The notes under the pieces are model-generated. The model was not told where the DNA came from. It saw nothing but the letters and a program-made list of their open reading frames with translations, and searched no databases. Made by a program: the position numbers and the translations under genes. Shown here one piece after another: positions 37,171 to 49,225 of a DNA stretch of 64,000 nucleotides (positions within the stretch are counted from its first letter, which is position 1; every line of letters begins with the position of its first letter). Source of the stretch: Lama glama (taxonomy: Eukaryota); the NCBI GenBank assembly GCA_028534125.1, contig CM052818.1:41294001-41358000 (forward strand). The letters run 5' to 3'.

Positions 37171-39429
37171 GTAGAGTCTAGAGAGCATCAGGGGAAGCTT
37201 TGGGTTTGTCCCGATCAATGCTTGGAGGATCGCTCTGTGGCGCATTTCTTTTCCCCTCCAAGGTGCTAGCAGAGGGAGGGTACAATCAAGGAAAACTAGC
37301 CCAATGGGTATCAAAAAAACGGCCTCATTAATGGCTGGTAGCACATGATAGACCGGACTGTCAGTAGTCTTTACCTCATAAAAATGTGGCTTTTCAGAAA
37401 AAAGCTGGAATGGAAAACATGAGTTTTTCTGGGATAGATGTGGGTTCCACCCACTCCACCCTCCGCATCTGTTCAGTGGAGCATGCAGTCACTCATAAAA
37501 GTGTAGTGAGTGGTCCATTTGAGCCCAAATGCAGTTCCCACACGGCTGCATGGACAAGGGCAGGAGTCAGCTTCACACCAGTCAGTGTCAGGGCAGAGGG
37601 GAGAGGAGTGATAACCTCACCCCAAAAAGAGGCACTGCCTGAACTCTGGGCAAAAAGTTTTCATAGTCAGTGACCCACCAGCCTGAAATTAGATTGTGAA
37701 AGGGAGGTACACCTGAGCGTAGTCAGAGCGAACCTCGGGAGGGAATAAGCTGACTCTCTTCTTACGTACCTGCTTCATCACTGAAGTGATTGTCATTCCA
37801 AAGAATTATCTTTCAGAAAATAAAAACAAAACCAAACTTTTAGTAACAGACGTTTTGAATCCCACCAAAGTGAGACATTTTCAACTGATCTGATGCATTT
37901 TTAAAGGAAATTTTGTTCTGGCTGGAAAGAAAAGCTTATTATATATTGCAAATAAGTATATAAAAACTTTTTTTTGGACTATCAAGAAGCGTGTTGTGTT
38001 CTGAATGGATCATAAAGTCATTTTAGAGTGCTGAGAGGTGAGCAATGCTGTGCCGGGAGCAGCAGGGATCCCATAGTGTGCCTTCATCTTCTGGGATCAT
38101 CAGTACAGGAAGGAGACAGATCTCTATCTGAGAGTTTCTAATGGAAGGCAGACTAGCTCACTATTTGAACTGTGGCATACGTATGATGGTACAGGGAAAA
38201 TTTTGTCCAAAGGAACTAGTAAGGCTTTCTGATATTAGCAGTGGGAGTTGCTATTTAAGCTTGGGAAGTTACGATTCTAAAGGTGAAATGGACCTAACAG
38301 GTTTGAAGATGCTGGTGAGTATCACCACCGCCCTTCCCGCCCCCAGGGCAGAGGAAGGCTCTGGCAGACCATTGCCACATGTGTGTTGTGTTATGGATGA
38401 ACTATGGTGTCTGTTTTGAACTCACTTTTGTAGTTACTGAAAAGCTGGAAGGAAGCTTTAAAAAAATTTAATTCAACTTGCCTCTTTTATCCCCTTGGTA
38501 TTTTAAAAGGGAGGAAACTGGTTTAGAAGGAGAAGCAACCTGCCCAAGGTAGCTTCAGAGCTGGAACTAGACCTAGGCTTTTTCTAGATAAAATTCTTAA
38601 AAGCCAGATGAAGGTTTTTCATTACAGAAGCCCTAAGTCCATGTTGGTCTTTGTGCCACACACTTCCACTTGTTATTTTGAACCATGCTATTTTATTCCA
38701 TTATAAAGTTTCTCATTTCCAAAGTAAATAATTTCTTAACTGAGCAGAGCCAAAACAAAACCCTCCCTGATTTGAATCATGCTGGCGTGAAAGTGCACAG
38801 TGTAGGCTGGATTTCCAGCAAGAGTTTGGATTTCCTCTTCCAACTATAAATTCGCTTTTTCTTCCCAAGACTGTTTCATTACTCAGTCAAGAATTTTCAG
38901 ATGTCAGAGTTTGCAAGAAATACGGCTCTGGGGTGTAATCTAGCCAAGACTTTTTCTCGAGGAGAACTTAAACCTGTTATTAAACCTTATTTCTAAAGGA
39001 TTTACTTTTCCCCTAATGAGATCGGGAGCTTCTGTTAGGGGCCTGAGTTTCTCCTAACATAAAACTTCAAAGGGATCAATTACTGATACTCAGAGCTTCT
39101 ACCTCATTTTTGTAGTTTCAGACTGAATATTTTTAGCTTTTGGATGCCTTTTAAAAAAAATGTTCCCTCTTCAAGCTGTCAGAGAGCAGGGTATGGGAGG
39201 CACCACAGTAACCAATGTGGACACATCAGTCAAGAAAGGACTGTGTGTAATCTTTTCCACCAACAAACCACTTTTTTCCCAGATTTTTGCCCCTTGACAC
39301 AATGAATGTCAACATTACCTGTTGAAAGTAAAAGGGATTGTCTACATTTTCTCACTTATTTTTGAAGCCAAAGCATGTTTATATACATTAATAATAATGA
39401 GCATGTCCACAATTATGGGGAAAATGACA

Positions 39430-39830
39430 ACACAGCTAACATTTATGTACTTTTTGTGTACTGGGGGCCAGGAAGAGATTTTTATTCATTCATTTCGCAG
39501 ATGTGTGATGAGTGCTGGATGTGTGCCAAGTAGCGTCTAGGATTAAAGATGCAGCACTTAATAAAATGAAAAAGAACCTGTCTTTTTGTGATGCTTTCAT
39601 TCCAGTGAAATCCTTTACGTGAATGGCCTCACTTATTTGAATGAATACATTCATTTAGTCTCTACCTTAAATTTAGGTTGCAGATATGACTATGTTTTCA
39701 GTTTTACAGAAGAAGAAACTTAGATTCAAAGAAGTTAAATATTGTGTCAATTCCAAAATTAGAATGAGATTGAGCCAGGATTTGAACCCAGGAGTAGAAT
39801 TTTACAACCTGTGCTCTAAACCACATTATC
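39430..39830 (-). mobile_element. MIR with a nested L2 tail (about 39480-39610)
   Basis: 'cagttttacagaagaagaaacttagattcaaagaagttaa...ggatttgaacccagg'; internal L2 tail 'tttattcattcatttcgcagatg'. Confidence 0.75.
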
Positions 39831-39937
39831 TCATCGAATCCTCAGTATAATCTTTCTTTGTGATTGCACTAATCACTACATTTTGTATATGAGGAAACTA
39901 GAGGTTGAGTTACTCTCCCTAAATCCCACTTCTGGCA

Positions 39938-40370
39938 TTTGATTACTGTAGCTTTGTGGTAAGTGTAGTCAAAAGTCAGGAAGCATGATAATTCCAGCTT
40001 CGTTCTTTTTTCTCAATATCACTTTGACTATTCGAGATCTTTTGTGTTTTCCACATATATTGTAGGATTGTTTGTTCTAGTTCTGTGAAAAATATCATGG
40101 GTATTTTGATAGGGATTGCATTAAATCTGCAGATTGCCTTGGGTAGTGTGGGTATTTTAACAATATTAGTTTTTCCAGTCCATGAACATGGGATATCTTT
40201 CCATTTCCTTGTATCATCTTCAGTTTCCTTTGTCAGTGTTTTAAGGTTCTCAGAGTTTAGGTCTTTTATCTCCTTAGTTAAATTTATTACTAGGTTATTT
40301 TATTCTTTTTGATGTGATTTTAAGTGGGATTGTTTTCTTGTCTTCTCTTTCTCATAGTTAATTATAAGTG
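39938..40370 (-). mobile_element. L1 ORF2 internal fragment (relatively well preserved) inserted into a MIR
   Basis: 'tttgattactgtagctttgt', 'ggtattttgatagggattgcattaaatctgcagattgccttgggtagt', 'ccatgaacatgggatatctttccattt'. Confidence 0.9.
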
Positions 40371-40443
40371 TGGATTTGAATTTAGGACTTCTCTAGTTCA
40401 ATCCACTCATTCTTCCATGTACATGCATCACACATGTAGGGGT

Positions 40444-40469
40444 ACACACACACACACACACACATACAC
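40444..40469 (+). repeat. (CA)n microsatellite
   Basis: Seen directly. Confidence 0.95.
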
Positions 40470-40749
40470 GTGCAGCCTCTACCTTGAATATGCTTTTTAC
40501 ATATGAACAGTTGGGATCTGGAAGGACACATTCTTTGTGAAAATGGCTGGACTATCATTTAAACATGAAGCAAACAACTTCCTTCTTCCAATTTTCATAC
40601 CAGATATGTCATTTCTGTATGTTATATTATTAATTTGAAATAAAGTAGGGTTCATATATTTCTGTTTACAATTTAGATTTTTCTTTTATCCCATTCCTGT
40701 TGATTTCATTATATATGTATATATATAATGAAACATATATATATGTTTT

Positions 40750-42265
40750 AATTTATAGAGCATTAACATACTTTTAAAAGTCAAAACTATGCAAAAAAGA
40801 TGCTCAATCTTCTGCTCAGTTTTTATTTCATCCCTTGCAAACAACCAAATTCATTTTTTGTTTATTTTTCCTATATTTCATGCAGCAGTAAGCAGATATG
40901 TGTATCTTACTTTATTTTACCTTCTTCTTTACTCAAAAGTTAGCACATTATATATATATGTGTGTATACGTATACAGATACAGATATAGATATATAGATA
41001 TATACATATGTTGTGTTGTTTTCACTTAATATACCATGGAATTCACTCTCTATCTGTTCATACATACCTTCTTTCTTCATTTTTATGGCTGTATAGCACT
41101 CCTATTTGCGGATGAAGAAGTTTATTTCATCAATATCCTGTATTTGGGCATTTAGTTTGATTCCAAATCTTGCAATTACCAATAATGTTGTAAAAAATAA
41201 CTGTACATAAATTCATTTTCCTAGTATTGGATATTTATTATCATTTAAATTCTTATAAGTTCTCTAGGTTAAGAGGTAAATTCTCAGTGGATTTCCGAGA
41301 TAAGAGATACATGAACATGTAGTTTTATTAGAAATTGCTAAGTTTCTCTCCATTGTTACACTATTTTTATTTCCATCAATAATGCATGAGTGACTTTTGC
41401 TGCAGTTTTGACAATAGTGTGTTTTATCAAGCTTTTGAATGTCTTTCCAGTCTAACTGGTGAGAAATTTTAGTGTAGATTTTAATTTACATTTCTCTTAT
41501 TATGATTGAGAGTGAACATCCTTTCATATGTTTAAAAGCCATTTAATATATTATTATAAATTTTTAACATCCCTTGCCCATTTTTGGTTTTCTCTCCACC
41601 AATTAAAATTAAAATATTTATATTTTAGTGTTATTAGTTATTTGTCTGTGATATACACCACAATGTTTTCTCCTGATTTGTCTATTTTCTTGTGACTTTG
41701 CTTAGATATTTTATCATGATTTTTAACATTTTTTTGTTGACAAATTTATCTTTTTTTTTTTAATTGGTGCTAGATTTTGTGTCATGGACAGCCTTTCCTT
41801 ATGCTCAGGTTATAAAAGAATTTTCTTCTAATACTTGGATAGTTGTATATTTGTTATTTGCTTGTACCAATAGGAGTTTATTTTTACATATGATGTGAGA
41901 AAATGATCTAATTTAAACTTTCCAAATGGATATTCAATTACTTTAAGACCATCTAATAAAAACGTCTTCCCTCATTGATATGAGACACTACCTTTTTATA
42001 CACTAAATTTTCATATGTTAATTGCTTCTGGACTTTCTATTTAATTCCATTGGCCTTTTGTCTGTCTATTCATGCCTTAGTATGTTTTAGTAAGTATGGA
42101 AGTATGTTTAATGTCAGTTAAAACTAGTCCTCCCTCCCTCACAGGTCTTCTTTTACAATATTGTTACAGCTATTGTTATATGTCTACTTTTTTCGTGTGA
42201 ATTCTAGCATCAACTTGTCTAACTATATTAAAAAAGTTTGTATTTTTATTGGAATAAATTAAAAA
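40750..42265 (-). mobile_element. Old L1 (L1MC4-like) 3' end plus ORF2 tail
   Basis: 'taaaagtcaaaactatgcaaaaaag', 'tttacatttctcttattatgattgagagtgaacatcctttcatatgtttaaaagccattt'. Confidence 0.8.
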
Positions 42266-42459
42266 TTCCCCCAATCAACCTTTAATTCCTTAGAGCCCAT
42301 CCTTTAATATACTCCTCAGAAAGAACTCAAGAATATTCTTTGAATTTTTACTTGTTCAAAGCTAGCCTTGTTACCTGAATAATGGTTTGGCCAATGTCTC
42401 TGAGTTACTTATGAAACTCCTACTGAAGCATTGCTTTATATTCATTCTTAAGAAGCCTG

Positions 42460-42727
42460 ATGATTATGTACCATAGATTTGTCCAAACCTACAGAATGTA
42501 CAAACCAGAGTGAACCAGAATGTAAACTATGGGCTTTGAGTGTTTATTTTTGTCAATATAGTTTCATCAGTTGTAATAAATGCACCACTCTCTGGAGGGT
42601 GTTGATAATGGGAAAGGCCATGCATGTATGGAGGCCGTGGGGGATCTGGTAAATATCTATATCTTCTTCTAAATTTTGCTATGAGCCTAGAACTGCTCTA
42701 AAAAATAAAATCTTAATAAAAAAAAAC
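42460..42727 (+). mobile_element. L1MC1/2-like 3' end with A-tail
   Basis: 'tttgtccaaacctacagaatgtacaa...aatgtaaactatgggctttg', 'aactgctctaaaaaataaaatcttaataaaaaaaaa'. Confidence 0.85.
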
Positions 42728-43949
42728 ACTCTGGTCATTGGAACAAAGGCAGAGGCAGATATTCCAGTGAAGATGCTGTTAGGAACTTGGGAGATGATGG
42801 GGGCTCAGATCAAGTTTGTAATCAAGAATATGGTGAAAACAGCACTTTCAGATGCTTGATTTAAAAAGCTAGCACATTCTACGCATTGATTTTCTTGAAA
42901 CAATCATAAAATAAGTTAATTTTAGTAATCTTTCCCAGGGGGTTCCCTATATTATCATCTTTATTTAATTTTCAAGTGACATCTCGTATGAATTACATAT
43001 CAGAGTTGGAGAGAATCTTACTGGTTCAAACTTTAGTCTGAGTCGGTAACCAGTCATCTTTAGTAGAGCGTGGAGAGAAGAGGGTCCTGGTGAAGCTCAT
43101 CATGGATCTGAACAATTCAGTCATAAGCTAATTATCAGGTTGAATGGGGCTTCTCCGAGAAGCAGCCTGACAGTTTCAGAACAAACTGAGGCTGTCTTGA
43201 AATTCTAATCGGGCTCTAGTACTTCCTCCAATTCTTCCTCTTTAATTTTAGATAAATGCTGAAACTGCTACAATGCAATATGGAATAATGCTTAATAACA
43301 TTTTGTCAATTCCCTACGTGGAGCCAGAGAGCTAGAATAACTAAATTTGAAGCTGTGTACAGTTTGTTCAGACCTGTCTTTGTGGGGAGAATTGAAAAAT
43401 AAGACTCTGTGAGATTTTTATCCTCTTCCTTATTTGTAACTGATGACTCAAATCATTCTCTAAAGTAATCACTTGGAGTTTCGTTTTCACCAGCAACTTT
43501 TTGATTCTGGGCTACTATTTGTATGCACATTCAATTAACAAGTCCAGATAAGAGTTTTAATATATAAAGATGTACTACGGTGAGTGAGGTAGAAGAAAAG
43601 GAACTGAAATTATAATCTCCAATACGAGCAAAGATGTGATAAAACTGGAGCACTGTGTGTGCATGATGTTGGACATTGGCAATTCATTTCAAAAACCATA
43701 AAAATAGATCCATATCCAGGTGTATTCAGTAAACTTGTTTCTGGGGCTTTTTCCTAATGAAGTAACCTAAAGGCAGAAAATGTGCTATAAGCCTGAGTAT
43801 ATTTCATCATAAGCTTTTATGAAGGAAGAGTTGTACATGTAGGATAGGGTGAAGGAAGGAACCCAATCTTAGCATTTCACTTGCTTCCTAATGACCAGGA
43901 GTCATTAGTCATTAAACAAATATTTGTGGGGCCAGGCAGAGACAATGGG

Positions 43950-44134
43950 ACACAGATATCTTTGGTGACAGCTCTATTCTGGGGACAGGACCTCTATCAA
44001 AATTATTTTAGGCTATTAGAGGGAAGGTAAAAAGAAAGACTTCCTGAGTCTTCTGTTTCTCAGAAATAATGAGTCCAAACTAATCCTCATGCCAAAGAGA
44101 CTCATTTTGGGCTGGCATATTTTGCTCCCCTACA
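43950..44134 (-). mobile_element. ERV1 LTR 5' fragment (MER34/MER39-like)
   Basis: Reverse strand starts 'tgtaggggagcaaaatatgccagcccaaaatgagtctctttggcatgaggatta'. Confidence 0.65.
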
Positions 44135-44310
44135 GAATCTAAGCTGAGGTACTGAAGGAATAGGAACATATGGAGCAGAATTGAAAATACAAAGTAATAG
44201 GATCATTGGTTGAGGGCTTGCTAGTATGGGAGCTATAAACTTAGAAGGATGGAAATAGGGGGGTTAAGAAGTAGGATTTACATTTAATAGGCCATGTTCT
44301 CATATACTAC

Positions 44311-44813
44311 TGTGGCTGATAATTATGTTATCAACTTGGCTCTTTGGTCAAACACCAGCACCGTTGTTGCTGTGAAGGTAGTTTTTAGATGTGATTAAGA
44401 TTTAAATCAGTGGACTTTGAGTAAAGCAGCTTACTCTCATAATGTGGATAGATGTCATCCAATCAGTTGAAAGCCTGAAGAGCAAAGACCAAAGTTTCCC
44501 AAGAAAGGCATTCCCCTCACTTGCCTGAGTTTCTGTCTTGTTGCTCTGTGGAATTTGGACACAAGACTGCAACGTCAACTCTGAATTTCCAGCCTGCAGT
44601 CTTCCCCTATGGATTTGAAACTTTCAGACTTGCAGCCTTTACAATCACATGAGCCAATTCCTTAAAATAAATCTCTGTAGATATAGTTATATAGGTAGAC
44701 AGGATAGATAGATGATAGATAGATAGGTAGACAGACAGACAGACAGATAAGAGCTATAGAAATAGAGACATTTCCTATTGGTTCTGTTTCTCTAGGAAAC
44801 CTTGACTAACACA
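44311..44813 (+). mobile_element. ERVL solo LTR (MLT2D-like) containing a (GATA)/(GACA) microsatellite at about 44700-44750
   Basis: 'taaatcagtggactttgagtaaagcag', 'catccaatcagttgaaagcctgaagagc', 'cctattggttctgtttctctaggaaaccttgactaacaca'. Confidence 0.9.
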
Positions 44814-44979
44814 ATCATTTTTAATTCCAAATATTAATCATATTAGGTTATTCCCTTGCTTAAAACTTCCCAATTGTTCTCCAAGGCTTTGAAAATAAAA
44901 TCCAGACTCCTAATTGTGGTCTGCAACGCCCTTCATGATCTGGCCCTTGCCCCAACGGGTGGATTTCTTTTCATGCTAC

Positions 44980-45462
44980 TCTACCAAACCAGGTCTGTTT
45001 GCCCGATGTTCAGCAAATCAAACACCGAGGCACCAAGGTTTGCAGCAGAGAAAGGGTTTATTCACAAGGCAGCCAAGTGAGGAAACAGGAGAACAAATCT
45101 CTGGCCCACCTCCCTGGAGGCAAGGGGCCTGACATATTTATGGGATAAAGAAGCAGGGTGGTCTTAGGTGTGGGAAAAGGTGAGGGAATTGGGGTTCTGC
45201 GCAGGCTCAGTTTTAGGGACAATGGTCCCAACCAGCCTTAGCCGGCTGGGACTGGACGAGAGCTGATTCCAAGTTTCTGAAAAACAGCTTAGACCCATAT
45301 GTCAGAGGTATTACCTATAGGAGGAGATGAAGGGGTCAAATTAAGGCGAGCTTGGTCAGAGAAGGCAGGTTACAAGCAGAGGGGTTTGTAACAAGCTATA
45401 TGACAAGCTCAAGAATTTCTGTCCGTCACCAGTTCCCGTTAACCCTTTGGGGCATGGTTTCA
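44980..45462 (-). mobile_element. ERV1-class solo LTR (MER41/LTR39-like, laurasiatherian type)
   Basis: Minus strand begins 'tgaaaccatg'; TATA-like element (plus-strand 45134-45141) and AATAAA (plus-strand tttatt 45057-45062); 'ggtttgcagcagagaaagggtttattcacaaggcagccaagtgagga' is typical of this LTR group. Confidence 0.75.
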
Positions 45463-45937
45463 TTACTACTCTTTCTCCTGCTCTATTCTCACTACAGTGC
45501 CCTTTTTCCTGTTCCTTGAGCACAATAGGCTGTTCCTGCCTCAGAATCTCTGTGCTTTTTTCCCAATGTAGTGTGTGGTTAAGCCGATGGGACCCGGAGT
45601 CAGATGACCCAGGTTCAAAGCAGAGCCCCATAATTTTCTGGGCCTCAGTCTTCTAATCTGTAAAATGGGGAAAAAGCAATAGAAACTGCCTCATAGTCGT
45701 GTTCCTGTATTAAATGAGTTAATACAAATAGCAGTTAAAGCAGTGCCTGGACTGGATAAGGTGCTCAGGAAACATGGGGCATCATGAGGCTGCCTGGCGT
45801 GTGATGCTCCCCTCCCTTTTCATCCAGTGGCCTCCTTCGGTTCATTCAAACATCAGCTCGAATACCACTGCCTCAGAAAGGCCTCTCGGTCGGCTTTGTT
45901 CAGGTGTCCGTTGCCCATGTTTTCTGTGAGGCCGTGC

Positions 45938-46321
45938 TGTTCTGGTAGGACTGTTGATTAATCCAGACCAATCTTGATAATCTCATTCTCCTTGCCAGGG
46001 ATGGGTTTAGGCTTGGCCATGTGATGCCATCCAGCCACATGAAAGACGGAATATTTTGGACTTTTCCTTCCTCTTCACAAAGGAAACAACAAAGTCCATA
46101 CCTTCTTTTATTAAGTCAGGACCTGCTGCTTGGAACCAGAGCAGCCGTCCTACACCTGGGAGAGGAAAGCCAGAAACATTCCAGAGCTTGACACTGTTTT
46201 ATTGGTGAGTCAACCAACCCCCAGATGTCTCACCTCCAGGTTTGATCATGTGAGATAATGTTCCTGTACTTTAAACTACTTTAACTGAGGTTTTCAGTTT
46301 GAATGATTCCTAGCTGATAGA
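45938..46321 (+). mobile_element. Old MaLR LTR (MLT1H/I/J-like)
   Basis: 'ctcattctccttgccagggatgggtttaggcttggccatgtga', 'gctgcttggaaccagagcagccgtcct', end 'cctagctgataga'. Confidence 0.7.
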
Positions 46322-48364
46322 CCTTCCGTCACCACCCTGGATAAATTGGCCGAGTAACTGGCCTCCCCAACCCCAAGTTATTTTTTCCTTCCTCGCTTGT
46401 AATTATCTGATAGTATCACATTTGTTTGTTAAGTGGCTTTGGTCTGTCTTCCCCTAAGTGAAATGAAAGTCCCAGAAAGCAGAGATCAGCCTGCCCTCTA
46501 CATCCCTGAGACGTCTGGGCTCGGGATCTTAACCTGGCACACATATGGATGTGTGCTGTTAAATTTCAAAAAGGAGGTGAAAAGGAATTGAGAATCAAAA
46601 GCTGAGGCCCATTTCCATCCATGCCCGTGCTGCTCAGTAGCAGCATGACATGGGGTGAGTCTCTTAACCTCTCAGCACTCAATTACCTTGTCCACACAAA
46701 ACTATAAGGAGGGTCAGATGAAAGGTCAGGGGAGGGAGATTTATAAACGGAACAGCAGAGTACGAAGGTAAAGGAGTATTACTTTTCCTTTATGAATAAC
46801 ACATGATTTTCATCTCAGATTACTTAGTGCTATTATTGTTTAAGGTCATAAAAGAATGTCCCTTAAGAAAAACATTCAAATTGAATGTTCCAAATAGGTA
46901 ATTGACATGCATTCAAAATGCTATACCAGTCTAGCGCTGTAAGATGTACTTTTCAGGAGGATTAAATTAGGTTTTCTCACTTTTCTGGACACTGTAAAGA
47001 GCTTTTTCTCCTAAAGTATTCTGTAAGTTTTTAATTCCTAGCAAGAAAGATCAAACTTACCAAAGGCAGCAATAGAGTGAAGAAAAAATAAAAGGTTCCA
47101 CCGTTCTTATTCCACTGGCCAACAGAAATCTCATTTAAAGAAATTACATCTCAAGCTCTTGCCTGTAATTTCCATTTTTAAAAATCCAGCCTTTATTAGG
47201 ATAATGGGGTAGGGAGCACAGAGCATTTCTCTTAACATCTGCATTTATTCATCAAATTCACAGATCAGACTAATCCACACAATGCCAAGGGAATGTTTAT
47301 TTTTACCAGTGGCCCAGAGGATGAGTCTTCCTGATCTAACAGATTGCCACATAAGCCCTCAACAAGATAGATGACAGGCAGAGGAAACAGTATTCTATGT
47401 GTAGCTAATACGTGAATCAGTCAGACCTATTTAGGAACAAGCCCTAATGTGGTTCCAGCTATGATCACTGGAGTGGTATCACAGGTAGGCAACCCTTTAT
47501 AAAGCTATCATTTGTAATAGAGCATATTAAATGACATGCTTATGAAGAAATTATTTTTCTTTTTAATACTGCTCTATTTATTAAAATTTAGGTAAAATTT
47601 ATGCTTCTTGGATACCAAAAGGCAAGTGTAAAATTGGACAATACGTTTTTTATCCAGGTGTTTAATCTGGAACGTAGCTGTAATCTGTGAAGTCCACACA
47701 GGAGCTCATGCATTTGGTTTATAGGAAAGATCATCAGAAACTTACCCTGACGTCACTCATCTGTACTTTAGAAGTAGTTCTAATGACAAGAAGAGGTGTT
47801 CCTAGGTGGGAAAACGTCAGTGACTTTAGAATCTCTTCACTTAATTCTCCCCTTTATACTGGGAGGGAGAGTGAGGTAGGTGTGTTTAGATGTATTCGAG
47901 GCATTTGATGGAAATGTGACCAAAGTTTAGGGCAAATACAGCCCTACAGAGCACCTCCCATTCCCTCTGATTGAGGGATTCCAGATTGAACTCTGTGGAG
48001 ACACACTGAAAGCAGTAGAAATAAAATGAAAAAATACTGCCTCAGCATCAGCTGCGCCCGTGCCCGCATGGGCATCCTGAGAAAGGGGCGCTGGTCTCCG
48101 CCTTCTGCCCAGGCTTGAGTCCAGGTTAGTCAGCCTCTCACTTCCTCATGAAATAAGGAGAGAGGAGAGAGGAGGAGCTGGCCATGCTGGGGCGGTGGGG
48201 GTGGGGGGTGGCTCAAGCCTGCACGTGTGGCCACTTAATGCACATTGAATTCGTCTACTAGTAAATTAAAACTCCAACCTTTCAGCATTTGATAGGAAAC
48301 TCCTCTCCTGAGTGGTGGAGGAACCTGGGGGAGGAGATGGGGAGACAGGCAGGAGGAAAGAAAG

Positions 48365-48385
48365 TCTCTCTCTCTCTCTCTCTCT
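48365..48385 (+). repeat. (CT)n microsatellite
   Basis: Seen directly. Confidence 0.9.
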
Positions 48386-48984
48386 AGCTTCTACAGATGC
48401 GTCTACTTTCATGTGTAGATGAGAAAACAGAGGCTCACAGTAGTCACATTTTTTCTGAATTTCACACCTGGTAAGGGGCAAAGCCAGGTTTTGAAGTCAA
48501 GTATGCGTAATTCTAATTGACCCCAAATGGCCCTGTTTGTTGTTTTCCCCTGCCCGGTGCTGTTTCCCTACATTACCCTTTATTTGGCTTCCTAATGTGC
48601 GGTGATTGAGGAACAAAAAAATGACAGGTGGTAAAGGAATTGCTACAGGCATGCACACAGACAGCTGCCCAGAGGGACAGAACTGTCACGTCAGCATCAT
48701 GTGAATGACTCACAGCTACCAGTGGAATTTTATTTTGATAAGCATACGAAAGAGCTAACCCCCCATACCCACACATGTCACTACTTGGCATTTAATGTAG
48801 GAAGAAATTGTCCAGTGTTTCTCAGGTCATCCATCACGTTACAACCCCAGATTATATTGACAACCAAAAATATATTGATCAGCAAGAGAAATATTCAGTG
48901 TAGCTTATTTTAAAAGGCAGTAAAGATTATAATAATGAGATTCTACAAGCATATTTCATGACATACTAATAATTCAAAATTGAA

Positions 48985-49225
48985 GTTTTGAGAAGCGGGT
49001 TTTATGGCCAGATAAGGTTTTGAACAACTGCATTTTATGTAACTCTTTAGGTGATTCATACTGCATATTACCATATAAAATAATAAAGATGATAACACAT
49101 AAGCCTTTTTTTTTGCATTGTTTAATCCAGCATTGCCCAAACTTATTTGACCTTAAAAACCCTTTTATCACTCTCATAATATAAGTCATAGAGCTGGATT
49201 TCAAGAGAATTCACTATGAAAAAAG
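48985..49225. mobile_element. hAT-Charlie MITE (Charlie4z-like)
   Basis: 'ttgtttaatccagcattgcccaaacttatttgacc' motif. Confidence 0.5.

Larger units (their letters stand above)
44820..46580 (+). mobile_element. L2 3' region, fragmented by an LTR, a MIR (about 45565-45790) and an MLT1 insertion
   Basis: Colinear L2 pieces: 'ccttgcttaaaacttcccaattg...gcccttcatgatctggcccttg', 'gctgttcctgcctcag', 'cactgcctcagaaaggcctctc', tail 'acctggcacacatatggatgtg'. Confidence 0.7.

Noticed and set aside
48076..48095. CTCF-like 'gagaaaggggcgctgg'
   Set aside because: Lacks the conserved 5' CC and central AG positions of the core motif
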